A stretch of DNA of 64,000 bases from the human T2T-CHM13v2.0 reference genome, Homo sapiens. Of the stretch, positions 26,780 to 64,000 are shown in pieces. Each line of letters begins with the position of its first letter. Position 1 is the first letter of the stretch. A program made the position numbers and the translations under genes. The notes under the pieces were generated by a model. It had not been told where the DNA came from and did no database searches. It saw nothing but the letters and a program-made list of their open reading frames with translations. Location of the stretch: assembly GCF_009914755.1 (NCBI RefSeq), contig NC_060937.1; one strand, given 5' to 3'.

Positions 26780-27445
26780 GAGGGAGAGGTGGGGAGGGAG
26801 ACAGAGACAGAAACAGAGAGAGACAGAGACAGAGAGAGACTGAGGGAGAGACTCTGAGGACATGGAGAGAGACTCAAAGAGACTCCAAGATTCAAAGAGA
26901 CTAATAGAGACACAGAGATGGAATAGAAAAGATGAGAGGCAGAGGCAGACAGGCGCTGGACAGAGGGGCAGGGGAGTGCCAAGGTTGTCCTGGAGGCAGA
27001 CAGCCCAGCTGAGCCTCCTTACCTCCCTTCAGCCAAGCCCACCTGCACGTGATCTGCTGGCCTCAGGCTGCTGCTCTGCCTTCATTGCTGGAGACAGTAG
27101 AGGCATGAACACACATGGATGCACACACACACACGCCAATGCACACACACAGAGATATGCACACACACGGATGCACACACAGATGGTCACACAGAGATAC
27201 GCAAACACACCGATGCACACGCACATAGAGATATGCACACACAGATGCACACACAGATATACACATGGATGCACGCACATGCCAATGCACGCACACATCA
27301 GTGCACACGGATGCACAGAGATATGCACACACCGATGTGCGCACACACAGATATGCACACACATGGATGAGCACACACACACCAATGCGCACACACACCG
27401 ATGTACACACACAGATGCACACACAGATGCACACACACCGATGCT
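26780..27445. repeat. F7 3' UTR low-complexity repeats: GA-rich (26780-26945) and CA-rich gatgcacacac units (27105-27445)
   Basis: Visible tandem (GA) and (CA)-rich units. Confidence 0.9.
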
Positions 27446-27647
27446 GACTCCATGTGTGCTGTCCTCTGAAGGCGGTTGTTTAGCTCTCACTTTTCTGGTT
27501 CTTATCCATTATCATCTTCACTTCAGACAATTCAGAAGCATCACCATGCATGGTGGCGAATGCCCCCAAACTCTCCCCCAAATGTATTTCTCCCTTCGCT
27601 GGGTGCCGGGCTGCACAGACTATTCCCCACCTGCTTCCCAGCTTCAC

Positions 27648-27653
27648 AATAAA
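27648..27653 (+). terminator. F7: F7 proximal poly(A) signal
   Basis: AATAAA ~1 kb after the stop codon, followed by a GT-rich tgtggtg element. Confidence 0.85.
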
Positions 27654-28264
27654 CGGCTGCGTCTCCTCCGCACACCTGTGGTGCCTGCCACCCACTGGGT
27701 TGCCCATGATTCATTTTTGGAGCCCCCGGTGCTCATCCTCTGAGATGCTCTTTTCTTTCACAATTTTCAACATCACTGAAATGAACCCTCACATGGAAGC
27801 TATTTTTTAAAAACAAAAGCTGTTTGATAGATGTTTGAGGCTGTAGCTCCCAGGATCCTGTGGAATTGGATGTTCTCTCCCTGCCACAGCCCTTGTCAAT
27901 GATATTTCACAGAGACCCTGGGAGCACCTGCTCAAGAGTCAGGGACACACGCATCACTAAATGCAAGTTCCCAGGCCCTGGCTGCAGTGGGAGGACCTGG
28001 CAAGCTGCACTCTTGCTGAGTCCCCAGGGTGGTGGAAGAAGAATGAGAAACACATGAACAGAGAAATGGGGAGGTGACAAACAGTGCCCCCACTCAGACT
28101 CCGGCAAGCACGGCTCAGAGAGTGGACTCGATGCCATCCCTGCAGGGCCGTCCTGGGCACCACTGGCACTCACAGCAGCAAGGTGGGCACCATTGGCACA
28201 GCAGCAAGGCAGGCACCAGCAACCCACCTCGGGGGCACTCAGGCATCATCTACTTCAGAGCAGA

Positions 28265-28458
28265 CAGGGTCTATGAACTACAGCCGTGGGCTGCTTCCAA
28301 GGCACCCTGCTCTTGTAAATAAAGTTTTATGGGAACACACCCATATTAGTGTCCATGGAGTGGCCGTGGCAGAGACGTCCAGCCGGACAGACCAGCTGAC
28401 CCGCCAAGCCCAGCATGGTTAGTGTCAGGACCTCTGCTGAAGATGCTTGCTGACCCTG
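28265..28458 (+). mobile_element. MER58A-like hAT DNA transposon containing AATAAA (28318-28323)
   Basis: Terminal inverted repeats CAGGGTC...GACCCTG and core tgtaaataaagttttat-ggaacac resembling the recalled MER58A consensus. Confidence 0.75.
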
Positions 28459-28586
28459 GCCAGACCCCGGTTCCTAATGCCCCCTAAACGGGACGGGAGC
28501 CAGTGGCGGGCCCTGATCCAGGTCAGAGCTGGCTCTGCTTTCTCTTTTGTCCGAGTGACCATGCCTCAGTTTCCTCATCTGTAAAA

Positions 28587-28961
28587 CAGGAGCCCACCGT
28601 GATGCTTATGGTGGGATGAGATCAGCATGGATGGAACAAGGCCCTGGAAGGGCCCATGCCATGGTCATCGACAGCAAAGCCACTCTGCAGACAGATGCTT
28701 CAGTGAATTGGTAGAAAATTCTGCAACCAGAATGCCCGGGGCTCCTGAGGGCCTAAGCCCAGCCCAGGGTTCTGGAAGCCGCTCTGACTTCTTGGGAGTG
28801 GAAGTTGGCAGGACTCTTCCTGGGAAGAAGCGGAGGGTGGGGATGAGAGGACAGTTCAGGAGCCCACCCAGACCCACAGGAGGAAACTAGGGGAGTCATG
28901 CGGGGTCCTGGTGGAGCGCCAGCCTCCCTTCCTGCCAATGGGAAATGCAGGCGCCCACCTC
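28587..28961 (+). repeat. Dispersed direct duplication, copy B1 (partner 31619-32028), F7-F10 intergenic
   Basis: caggagcccac.gtgatgctt.tggtgggatgagatcagc...ccaatgggaaatgcaggcgcccacctc is colinear in both copies. Confidence 0.95.
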
Positions 28962-30393
28962 ATGGTGCTGCCGGAGGAGGGGGCCCGGGACTCCCCAGAG
29001 CCTTCGCTGAAGGGCCTGGGCGCCCCCAAAGGCTACATGTTTCATATGGGACGTGCCACCTGCCACGGCTCAGCTCCAGCTTTCTGTGAGTGGCGAGATA
29101 GAATACGGGGAGGCCACTGGCCATGGGCCTGGGACAGGGTGGGATGAGGCGGCAGGCTTGGGCCACCAAAGCCAGCATCGCCACCCAGCATTGATGACAA
29201 AGACTGCGTGTCTGCCATGAGCATCCTGCTGTTGGTGCACACACCGCATTGGTCTCTCCATACAAACATGCCTAGAGGCGATGTCAGAGGGTGGAGACCA
29301 GGAGAGGCAGGAGTCAGACATCTGGTGCCACCAGGAAGGCCCTTCTCAGAGGACCAGGCTGTGCGTGGTGCCCGCCGTGGGAGGCCAGCCTGGCGTTGGC
29401 ATCCAGCATCATCAGTTTGTGCAGTCGGGTGGGGCTCAGTGAGTGCCTCCTGTGTGCCAGGCACAATGACGCACAATGTGTGCACACCAGGCTCATGTGC
29501 AGGTGGCTGCGAGACAGGGCGACCCATCAAGGCAGATGCACCATGAGGCAGTGGCCAGTGCTGTGGGTGTTAGGGGCATTGCTCCCCGGCCACTACGGCA
29601 TAGCAGGCAGTGATCGCCACACTGGCCAAGCTTTAGACCATTTATTCCAGAGACCCCAGAGGCAAAAAGCCCGGCTGCACCTCCCAGTGACTCCCACAGC
29701 CATTGAGCAGAGACGCTCAGGACCTTGTCATGGGAGGTTTCTGCACTGGAGAACGAGCCCAGAAGCCCTCTCAGCCTCGGAACAGTGTGGCCAGTGGTGG
29801 GCAGGTCAGGAGGGGCTTCAGACACAGCCTGTCCCTCCAGATGGTCACGGGAAGGTCACTCCCCACAGAAGTACGTTTTGGGGCCATGCGGGCACAGAAG
29901 GTTTGGGGGTGGGTGGGGCAGGTGCCAGCCTGGCCTGTGGGAGGCCATGGTGCAGATGCCAAGCCCCCCCCGTGACATGAGACCACCTGATACCACCCAG
30001 AGAGTGGCTGTGAGCGGAAGGGCCCGCCCAGAAACAAGCAGGGCCTTGGGGCAGAAGTCCTGGGCTCAGATCCCACGCTCACTGCCAGCGGCCTCGGCTC
30101 AGGCTTCTGCGCTCTCTAAACTTAGTTTTCTCTTCTGGAAAAATGATGGGGAAAATGATATTTGTATGTGAGGACTGAGAGTTAAATGTAAACATCTGGA
30201 AACTACAAAATGAGCACGAAATGATGTTTTTATTCTTAGAACAGAAAGTCCCCACACCCGCGGCCCTGGTGACTGATGAGGATGAGGTTCTGCGGGGCCT
30301 CTCTGGCCGCCCAGCTCTGCCTGGGGAAGGTGGGGCCAGAGTGGATGTGTTCCCAGCGTGGTCACTCCCCTGCCTCGCCAGCAGGTCTCGGCT

Positions 30394-30463
30394 CCAATCA
30401 GGAGGCCTAAGCCAAGTGATAAGCAGCCAGACAACAGCCATCCCAGCTGGGGCGTGGACTTTG
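30394..30463 (+). promoter_or_regulatory. F10: F10 promoter: CCAAT/NF-Y (30394-30398), GATA (30418-30421), HNF4 ACTTTG (30458-30463)
   Basis: Motifs at -120, -96 and -56 from the ATG, matching the established F10 promoter elements. Confidence 0.9.
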
Positions 30464-30513
30464 CTCCAGCAGCCTGTCCCAGTGAGGACAGGGACACAGT
30501 ACTCGGCCACACC

Positions 30514-57176
<26,663 letters not shown>

Positions 57177-58998
57177 GATCCCACTCAAGGCCTGGTTTGT
57201 CTCTCGATTGCCGCCTTGCCCTGGCTTCTCCCGCCCTGTTGAGGTGGGAAGGTGAAGTGTCTGTCTGGAACACCAGCTTCCGCCCTTCCCAGCTAGGCTG
57301 GGGATTCCTCCAGGGAATATTCTAGTCTGTGGGGGCAGGATGGAGGCTCCAGGGATGATACTGTGCCATGACTGCCATGGGCATTCCTTTCCCCAGATAC
57401 CTTCCTGCATCTGGGTCACGCCCAGAGGCAGATGGGAGCCTGTGCAGGCCCCGTGGCGTCGGGAGGGGCCCACACGTTGGCGCAGCCTCCCCAAGACCCC
57501 CCACTTGGCCTGGTCTCTCTTGTTCCTCTTGGGAATTGGACACCTCCCCGGTGACTGCCTATGACCCGCAGACTCCCTGGGAGGGAAACGTCCAGAAAGC
57601 TTCTCATTGGGGCGGACATTTTACATTAACTTAAACAACCAGGTGCTCTTCAACTGCACGGTGCCAGGCCCCACCCCAGCTCAGGCTTGTGTGGTGGGGG
57701 CCACAGGCATCCCCCGGGCAGGTGACCTGCTCACCAGGCAGCGACCTGACCTGGCACAGTTGGCCCCCACCGTGGCCACCCTTAGAACCCCCTGTGGGCT
57801 TTAGCATGCCTGCATCCAGGCCACAGCCTGGCCACTGAAATCAGTCTCTGGAGTGAAGCTGGCCAGGAGCTTCTGGAAGCTTCTGGAGCTCCTCAGGTGC
57901 TGAGTGGTGGTGGCGTGGCAGGCGGGGCTTCGGGGGGCTCCTCCTCTCCTAGGGTCCAGATGTTTAGTCCTTGCCCTGCTGCAATCCGGCACTGTCCCTA
58001 GGCCTCAAGTTAACTGGCCATGAAAATCAAATGAACTTTCGGTAAACAGAAAAGATTCCGGACAAGGCCTGCCGTGTGTCTCCCAAACGTCTCCTGCAGT
58101 TTGCGTCTTGTGTAATGTCCCTAAGCAAAGTTCAACAGTTCTAGTACAAAAACTCCCCAAAAAAGTCATGAGCTGGGCAAAACCGTTCGTAAACAGATGT
58201 TGCGAAGTCAGGGAAAATCAAAGTGGACAGGTGTTCGACCTCCCAGAAACGGTCTGAGGAGGGGCCGGTCTCCCAGGGTGGGCGGGAGGGCATTCCTGGC
58301 CTGCCCGCTCTGAGGCCTTCTCCGTGGAGCTGGCTGTCGGGCTCCTCGCCGGCCCTTCCTGGAGAAAAGGCTTCTGCCTCGGAGCTAGCCTGCTGTTGGG
58401 CTGCGTTTCCTAGGCAGCCACGTGGTCCCCAGGGCCCCAGAGGTAAACCCTGGACTTGGATTCCCGTTTCTGGAAATCAAAGGTTGAGTGGGGTCCAGAG
58501 AGAACTCTGGGAAAATAATTACAATTGAAACCCCCCATCGCCATCACTGTCTGCACCCTGGTTCCTGCCGCACTGGGTGTCTGGTGCCCGTGCCCGTCTC
58601 AGGATAGAAAGGAAACTGGAGGCTGCAGAGAGAAGGACCTGATGGGTCGTAGCTCAGCATCTGCCGAAGCCCCATCTAGAAATAGGTTCTCGTCCTGGGA
58701 GGTGTGGGAGGGAGCCTCGGGAGGGAGACAGCAGGAGGAGAGGCCCCAGTCCTGGACACGCGCTGGGGGTTGAAGTCTCGGCTCTGCAGGCTCCTGTGCT
58801 GCGTGGCAGGGATTTTCTCTCTGCCTAAATATCGTCTTCATAAGTAAAGGCAAGTGGGCTAAACCTATGTCATCTCCGTGTTAACTCAGAATAGTCTAGG
58901 CCTGGGCCAGGGGACACTTTGTGATCTGAGACCCCCAGAATTCCCTGAGGGAGGCCCAGCTCTGTTTCGGGAAATAACTGAAGCGGCTGTTTGTGCGA

Positions 58999-59565
58999 GG
59001 TGAGACCCTGAGGACCGAGAGCAGCAGGAGGTCATGGTGGGGAGCAAAAACGGGAAAAGTGATTCCGCCTGAGACTGAGGGAGAGAGAACCCAGGTGAGA
59101 CCCTGAGGACTGTGAGCAGCAGGAGGTCACGGTGGGGAGTAAAGATGGGAAAAGTGATTCCGCCTGAGAGTGAGGGAGAGAGAACAGAGGTGAGACCCTG
59201 AGGACCGAGAGCAGCAGGAGGTCACGGTGGGGAGTAAAGATGGGAAAAGTGATTCCGCCTGAGAGTGAGGGAGAGAGAACAGAGGTGAGACCCTGAGGAC
59301 CGAGAGCAGCAGGAGGTCACGGTGGGGAGTAAAGATGGGAAAAGTGATTCCGCCTGAGAGTGAGGGAGAGAGAACAGAGGTGAGACCCTGAGGACCGAGA
59401 GCAGCAGGAGGTCACGGTGGGGAGCGAAGGTGGGAGAAGTGATTCCGCCTGAGAGTGAGGGAGAGAGAACAGAGGTGAGACCCTGAGGACCGAGAGCAGC
59501 AGGAGGTCACGGTGGGGAGCGAAGGTGGGAGAAGTGATTCCGCCTGAGAGTGAGGGAGAGAGAAC
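58999..59565. repeat. 95-bp VNTR x 6 downstream of F10
   Basis: GGTGAGACCCTGAGGACC... starting at 58999, 59094, 59189, 59284, 59379, 59474. Confidence 0.97.
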
Positions 59566-60329
59566 CTGCAGCAGCCCCATCGCCTCCCCCAGTGACACCT
59601 CCCCTCCCCCTGAGCAGGAAGGGGAGCTTTGGGGCGTCCACCTCTGGAGGACGAAGGTGAGAGCGGGTGTCGGGGGCCTGGTGGGGCAGGGAGGCCCTTG
59701 TGGGTGCTGGGAGACCAGCCTGTGTGGGTCCAGAGCTGCGCTTGGATGGGGAGATGGGCCTGCCGTCTGGGAACACGCAGCCCAGGCTGTGAGGAAGAGG
59801 AAGCAGGAATGAGAGCTTCAGCCAGGACAGCTGGTGGACGGCAGACCTCGGCCCCACCATCACTGTCATGGAGCCATCTCAGCAGGGCTGGGGGTTAAGC
59901 TCCCGTTTAGAAGGACCCCACTCCACAGCCACGGGGTAGCCACTGATGTGGGCAAGCGCCCGCCATGAAGACCCCACCTTGGTGGAAGGGCACTGAGAAA
60001 CTGGACACCCTCGAGACTCAGAGGATCACCTCAGAACTGGCCTGTTAACTATGCCAGGAAAGCATGCCTTTAGCGTGGCAAAACCTGGGGACCCAGCCTC
60101 CTCCTGAGCCGAAGGCAGGGGGCTGCCAAAACACTGTCTAAGCAGAGCCCGATCCTGAGTCAGGCAAGTCCAGATGGAGGAAACCATAGACTCTTAAAAA
60201 ACGTCAGCGTCAGCAAAGACCAGAAACAGCCAGTGACTCTGCAGTCAGTGAGACCAGAGGAGTCTGCAGGCTGCCAGGAGAGCGAGGGAGACTGCTGGGG
60301 GTTCCCGTCAGACAGCGCTCAGCGGGGGC

Positions 60330-60730
60330 GAGGGGAGAGGGAGAGAGGCAGAGCCAGAGAGACAAAAAGAAAGAGAGACAGAGACAGAGAGAAAGAGAGA
60401 GACAGAGACAGAGAGAAAGAGAGAGACAGAGACAGAGAGAAAGAGAGAGACAGAGACAGAGAGAAAGAGAGAGACAGAGACAAAGAGAAAGAGAGAGACA
60501 GAGAAAGAGAAACAGAGGGGAGGGAGTAAGTCCAGGTAAAAAACAAACAAAAAAATTGAGAATAGAACAAGAGAGAAACAGAGACATGGAGACACAGAGA
60601 AAGACACAGTGAGACACAGGAGACAGAGACAGAGAGAGATGCTGAGAGACAGACAGGGAGAGGGAGAGAGAGAGGAGACACCAAGACACAAAGAGGGCGG
60701 AGAGACAGACACAGAAAGAGGGAGACAGCG
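60330..60730. repeat. GA-rich simple repeat including (GAGAGAAAGAGAGAGACAGAGA)-like units
   Basis: Visible purine-rich tandem units. Confidence 0.9.
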
Positions 60731-61729
60731 GGGCTGGATGGACGTGTGGCCGGGCCAGTGGGGAGGAGAGACGAGTCCGCAGACAGCGTTCAGAGGCCGC
60801 GCTGCCTGGGTGCTGAGCCGTCCCGGGGTTCACGGTCGCAGTTTGTCCTTACAAAACGCCCAGCCGCCCCGACCTGTGGTGCTTAGGGAGGACCTACCTG
60901 GCTGTGCCGGTCTGAGAAGGGGCCAGTGAGGCCCGGTGCGGGTACGGGCGGGTGCAGATGCAGCCAGGAGGACGGGCGGGAGCGGGGGCCTGTCCCACAC
61001 GGGGGCCTCGGCAGCACCGGCATGGCTGGAGGCCAGTACGGCCAGGTGTGGCGGGAGGGAGCGCCGTCTGGCTTGGGTCGTCCATCCTGACAGGACGCTG
61101 CAAGGGCAGGAGCCCCGCGCCCCGTGTCCTGCGCCCCCGCTCGAGGACAAGCCCCAGCCGCCGGTCTCCGCTGGGTTCCGACAGGCCTTGCTGGGAGGCC
61201 TTGCTGGGAGCTGGGGGTCGAGGCTCACAGACTGCGCTGACCCCAGCAGGCACAGCTGGGTCCAGGGACTCGGGAACTCGCAGCCTGACGCGGGCCGGAC
61301 CCCCGGGGTGGGTGCTGAGGGCCTCGGATGCCCTCCCTGGCTGGACGTTGTGGCTGTGCTGATACTGAGCGGTAACCCTAGGAAGGAGAGTCCCCTGGGC
61401 TCAGCTACCCGGGACAAGGTCAACAGGGACACCGGCCCCAGTTCCAGGAGAAAAACAAGCACGGCCAGCGGCGAGTGTGGGCGACAGCAGCTCAGGGAGA
61501 AGCAGATTATCAACAGCGAATTCACTCAGGGTCAGCCAACTGTACGCTTAAAAAAAGATTCCTGCGGTAAACTGTATGTCTATTTTACCACAATAAAAAA
61601 CTTATTGTTTTTAATTACCAATGACTTCTAAAAAATGTTTTTAAAACCCAGATCACAAATCCTGAACATAGGGCCTGAAAGGCGAATTCAGCCACCACGG
61701 AGGACTCCCGCACCGTGGAGCCGGGACGC

Positions 61730-62220
61730 AGGGACTCCATGCTGCGCGGAGGGCAGGGGCACGTGACGCAGGGCGTGGGGGAGGCGGGGCGTGGAGGAGG
61801 CGGGGCGCGGGGGGCGGGGCGGGGGGAGGCGGGCCGTGGGGGCGGGGCGTGGGGGCGGGGCGTGGGGGAGGGCAGGGGCACGTGACGCAGGGCGTGGGGG
61901 AGGCGGGGCGCGGGGGAGGCGGGGCGCGGGGGAGGAGGGGCGTGGGGGGGCGGGGCGTGGGGGAGGAGGGGCGTGGGGGGCGGGGCGTCGGGGAGGGCAG
62001 GGGCACGTGACGCAGGGCGCGGGGGAGGCGGGGCGCGGGGGAGGCGGGGCGCGGGGGAGGCGGGGCGCGGGGGAGGCGGGGCGCGGGGGAGGCGGGGCGC
62101 GGGGGAGGCGGGGCGCGGGGGAGGAGGAGGAAGGGTTCTGAGTGGACGCGGGGACTCCATGCCACGCGGAGGGCAGCCGCTCATGAGGCGGGGTGTGGGG
62201 GAGGAGGAGGAAGGGTTCTG
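61730..62220. repeat. G-rich GC-box tandem repeat (GGGGGAGGCGGGGCGC) with three GGCACGTGACGC modules, within a CpG-rich region (~60750-62220)
   Basis: CACGTGAC at 61760, 61879, 62004; many GGCGGGG units. Confidence 0.9.
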
Positions 62221-62516
62221 GAGTGGCTTTTCTACTCCAGAAGTCTCCCCGATCCTGAAAGAAAATCTAGACAGGTGGAAAAAAGAGAAACATGTCCAGA
62301 TAGTGTCTTCCACATTAATGGTCTCCCAAGCTCTGAGGAAGCCCAATGAGTTGAACAGTTTCTCATAAGCTTGCGGGTCCCTGTCAGTGCTTCTGAGATG
62401 CTAAAAACGCCAGGCTGTGGGCTGCGTCACCATGTGTCTCCTCTTTAATTTCTTCAGGAGCTCCAGGTGATAAGCTGCCACCTCCATCCACAATGTGGAC
62501 ATCAGAGGATGCAGCA

Positions 62517-62705
62517 TGCTGTGGTTTGAATGTGTCCCTATAGTGCACGTGTTGGAAACTTAATCCCAAGGCAACAGTGTTGAGAGGTGGGACCTTTAAG
62601 ACGCATTCATTGTCAGAGCCCACGTGAATGAATTGATACCACTATTGTAGGAGTGGGTTCGTTATTTTGGAATAAAAGGATGAGTTTGGCCCCCTTCCTC
62701 TCTCC

Positions 62706-62738
<33 letters not shown>

Positions 62739-62910
62739 CGCGCATCCACCTTCCACCATGGGATGACGCAGCAAGAAGGCCCTCGCCAGATGGGGGCCCC
62801 TGGACCTTTGATGTCCCAGCCTCCAGAACTGTAAGAAATAAATTTCTGTTCTTTATAAATTACCCAGTCTCAGATATCCTGTTACAGCACCACAAAGTGG
62901 ACTAGACCAC
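62517..62910 (+). mobile_element. MST/MLT1A MaLR LTR
   Basis: tgctgtggtttgaatgtgtccc...cagcctccagaactgtaagaaataaatttctgttctttataaattacccagtctcag. Confidence 0.88.
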
Positions 62911-63755
62911 ACTCTACTCTGTGAATCTAAGACGCACCATTATTGATGAACCTGAAAGAAAGAGCATATACCCAAATTAGCTGTGGGTCAGCTCAGCCTG
63001 GAGGCAAGAGGGGGAAGCTCAGATAATCTAAACCACAGGCCAGCCAGGAACCAGCTTTGCAATACATTTACACTATTCACATGGGCTCCCAAAACTCACA
63101 CAAAAAAATGTATTTAAAGGGATTGCAAAGTGGCAGTGCCCCCAGGGGGCAACATAAAGCACAACCCCTTTCAGGAAGAACTCGGCCTTGTCCAGGCTGA
63201 CATTAGAACATTGGCTGTAGGGAACAGGCCAATTCAGAGATGTTGAAATCTAAAACATAGGTCCCAGAGTTGATTGAACAGGTATTTAAATAGGGACTGC
63301 GGCAAGATCTAAGTATTCAATGACCAGGTTCTCCATAGGCTGCTCATTTCAGGTTCCACACAAAGTTGTGGGGTCAGTTGATTTAAGCTGGGGACCCCCA
63401 CAGAGGACACCCCAACATCTGAAGGACACGACAAAGACCCCAAAGGAAGGAAGATTCTCCTCAGGTATACAGAAGGAAAGTAAACCAGTCAATGGAAAAA
63501 GTGTCCCAATGTTGGTTGGTTTGTTTTTCAGAACAGAAGAGGGTGACAGAAGAACGATTATTCATATGAGAGATGAGGAAGATGAGCAGAACGAGGTGAA
63601 TCTTAATGTTTGGACAATTTATTATTGTAGAATTTTTGGTCCAAAGGTGGTATCTTTGAGAAGGCAGATGAGAAAATTAAATCACCACATACAACACGGT
63701 CAGTCCACGTACAACACAGTCAATCACAGCTGTGGCCTCGATGTTGATGCCTTCC

Positions 63756-64000
63756 TGTATTAGTCTGTTCTCATGTCACTGTGAAGAAATACTTGAGACT
63801 AGGTAATTTATAAAGAAAAGCGGTTTAATGAACTCACAGTTCCACATGGCTGGGGAGGCCTCAGGAAACATAATCATGGCAAGCAGGCACCTCTTCACAG
63901 GGTGGCAGGAGAGAGAAAATGTGTGTCAATCACAGGGGGAAGCCCCTTATAAAATCATTAGCTCTTGTGAGAATGCACTCACTATCACAAGAACCACCTC
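63756..64000 (-). mobile_element. THE1/MST MaLR LTR (cut by the window edge)
   Basis: tgtattagtctgttctcat...ctcacagttccacatggctggggaggcctcagga. Confidence 0.88.

Noticed and set aside
58999-59565. CRISPR-like regular repeats (also 25247-25472 and 37722-37955)
   Set aside because: Units are contiguous with no unique spacers, there are no cas genes, and the context is human genomic DNA
60210-60833. RD/RE-rich and SL-rich ORFs resembling splicing-factor domains
   Set aside because: Direct translation of a GA simple repeat
62920-63755. 147-aa ORF 63320..63763 between two MaLR LTRs, possible retroviral remnant or PROZ exon
   Set aside because: No signal peptide, Gla or retroviral motif recognisable; the flanking LTRs are in opposite orientation, so they are not one provirus. 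Unresolved without a Dfam/BLAST search

Overview
Eukaryotic, GC-rich, repeat-dense DNA that I recognise as the human chr13q34 coagulation locus (an AluYa5 insertion supports human origin). All three genes are on the + strand: the last coding exons and 3' UTR of MCF2L (DBS RhoGEF, SH3 domain), the complete F7 gene (9 exons, spliced CDS 1401 nt = 466 aa) and the complete F10 gene (8 exons, 1467 nt = 488 aa). I reconstructed the exons by hand from GT/AG boundaries and they give intact frames. F10 intron 2 holds a processed lysyl-tRNA synthetase (KARS1) pseudogene. The window also contains many Alu, L1, LTR and DNA-transposon remnants and at least eight minisatellites. The very long ORFs in the ORF track (14.2-20.9 kb) are artefacts of stop-free tandem repeats. 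I do not see a convincing new biological system in this well-studied locus. The best leads are: (1) two ~400-bp dispersed direct duplications bracketing the MCF2L 3' end and the F10 promoter/exon 1; (2) a 53-bp NRF1-motif array forming a probable intragenic promoter between F10 exon 2 and the KARS pseudogene, facing an antisense MER4 LTR poly(A) signal; (3) a pristine AluYa5 that may be polymorphic; (4) upstream ATGs in the F7 leader; (5) inverted Alus around the in-frame F10 exon 5. Repeat subfamily names and allele names come from recalled consensus sequences and literature, not from a database search.
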